From: Marsupella aquatica
Taxonomy: Eukaryota > Plantae > Marchantiophyta
NCBI GenBank assembly: GCA_973895155.1
Contig: OZ316892.1
Coordinates: forward strand, 20,161,869 to 20,225,868
DNA: 64,000 bases
Direction: 5' to 3'
This document shows positions 63,250 through 64,000 of the stretch, piece after piece. The position numbers and the translations under genes were made by a program. Within the stretch, counting starts at the first letter, position 1. Every line of letters begins with the position of its first letter. The notes beneath the pieces were generated by a model. That model was not told the DNA's origin. It did no database searches and saw only the letters and a list, made by a program, of their open reading frames with translations.

Positions 63250-64000
63250 TGTTAGATATTGTTCTAGTCTTGTGACTCATGAGCTAACCATAGTTAGTCT
63301 AACTCGGGTTAGGACTTAGCTAATGTTTGCGGTAGTGCTGTTGTGCATATAGCCAGGGCTGATGCCAGACCCTGGGGGAACTTAGGCTCATTGTTACGGA
63401 GCTAGTTGAGAGATAGGGAGAGCTTGTGCTGTGGAAGCTTGGTATGGCCGGTCGGCCTAGAGTGCAGTAAAGCTCTTGTGTGTTCCCGTGGACGTAGCCT
63501 CATGTGGAGGTGAACCACGTATCTCTCTGTGTCGACTATTGTGCGTTGGATGGTTCATGGGCTTGCCGTTACGAATGTCGTCTATGCTCAACAAGTGGTA
63601 TCAGAGCATGCTTGGGAGGTGACGAGGTTTTTTCGTGACAGGTTTTTCCAGCGTTCATTGTCGATAGTACATTCGGAGTTTCGTCGCATGAAACTCGAAT
63701 GTGTGTGGCTGAGCGGATAGGTTAGTGAGAGGGATTTCTAACGGTAGTTAGAACTCGCTGATCGGTATCCGTGGTGCGGAGGAATTGAAGTTTGCGTCGT
63801 TCAGGGTTTATTCGTGTTCGACGGTATTTCGGGAAAGAGACCAGAGTTTGCGTTTTTCAATGGTGTGAGCGGTGCGGTACGGGAGGGATCGCACATTCTA
63901 GCTCAAGTTGAAGGTTGAAGCGAGCTGGTCGTTTCGGTAGCTAGATTGCTGTCGAGTTGTTACCGAGTGCGTCGTGACGAGTGAAGGAGACGTTCAGGTT
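63250..64000 (+). mobile_element. 5' end of a Ty1/Copia-type LTR retrotransposon (LTR ~63250-63593, PBS 63596-63607)
   Basis: TGTT...AACA termini, cccgtggacgtag...gaaccacgta LTR motif, and tRNA-iMet PBS tggtatcagagc. Confidence 0.8.

Overview
This is eukaryotic DNA, probably from a non-seed land plant (inferred from GT-AG introns, plant-type TE families, and NB-ARC and RPL18a sequences). It is almost entirely nested transposable elements upstream of one atypical NLR-like gene. (1) A large, decayed, unclassified element (1-17999, plus a displaced right arm at ~42850-44292 on the minus strand) encodes three F-box-like proteins, a multi-exon gene with ParB-like, amino-methyltransferase-like, coiled-coil, Ulp1 and FCP1/HAD domains, and two further FCP1-like domains. 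Its introns and intergenic spacers repeatedly carry a CG-rich palindrome, T(C/G)ACGCG-N6-CGCGT(C/G)A. (2) A full-length Ty3/Gypsy element is nested in it (8560-17359). (3) An 18-kb CACTA element (18000-36076) carries TnpD/TnpA plus tandem-BRCT, EDM2-like PHD, Cys-rich and RPL18a cargo. (4) An apparent ~26-kb inversion (18000-44292) splits an FCP1-like gene, whose halves rejoin in frame at a duplicated TGT. (5) The window also holds CRE-like LINEs, a PHD-bearing Gypsy remnant, a tRNA-derived SINE with its empty site, Helitron-like 3' ends and a ~197-bp satellite. (6) A helical-domain/NB-ARC/ARM-repeat gene (53272-58065) has 12 highly similar 44-aa repeats and two frameshifts. (7) A Copia-type LTR begins near the end. 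All domain calls were made by eye from motifs; no searches were run.
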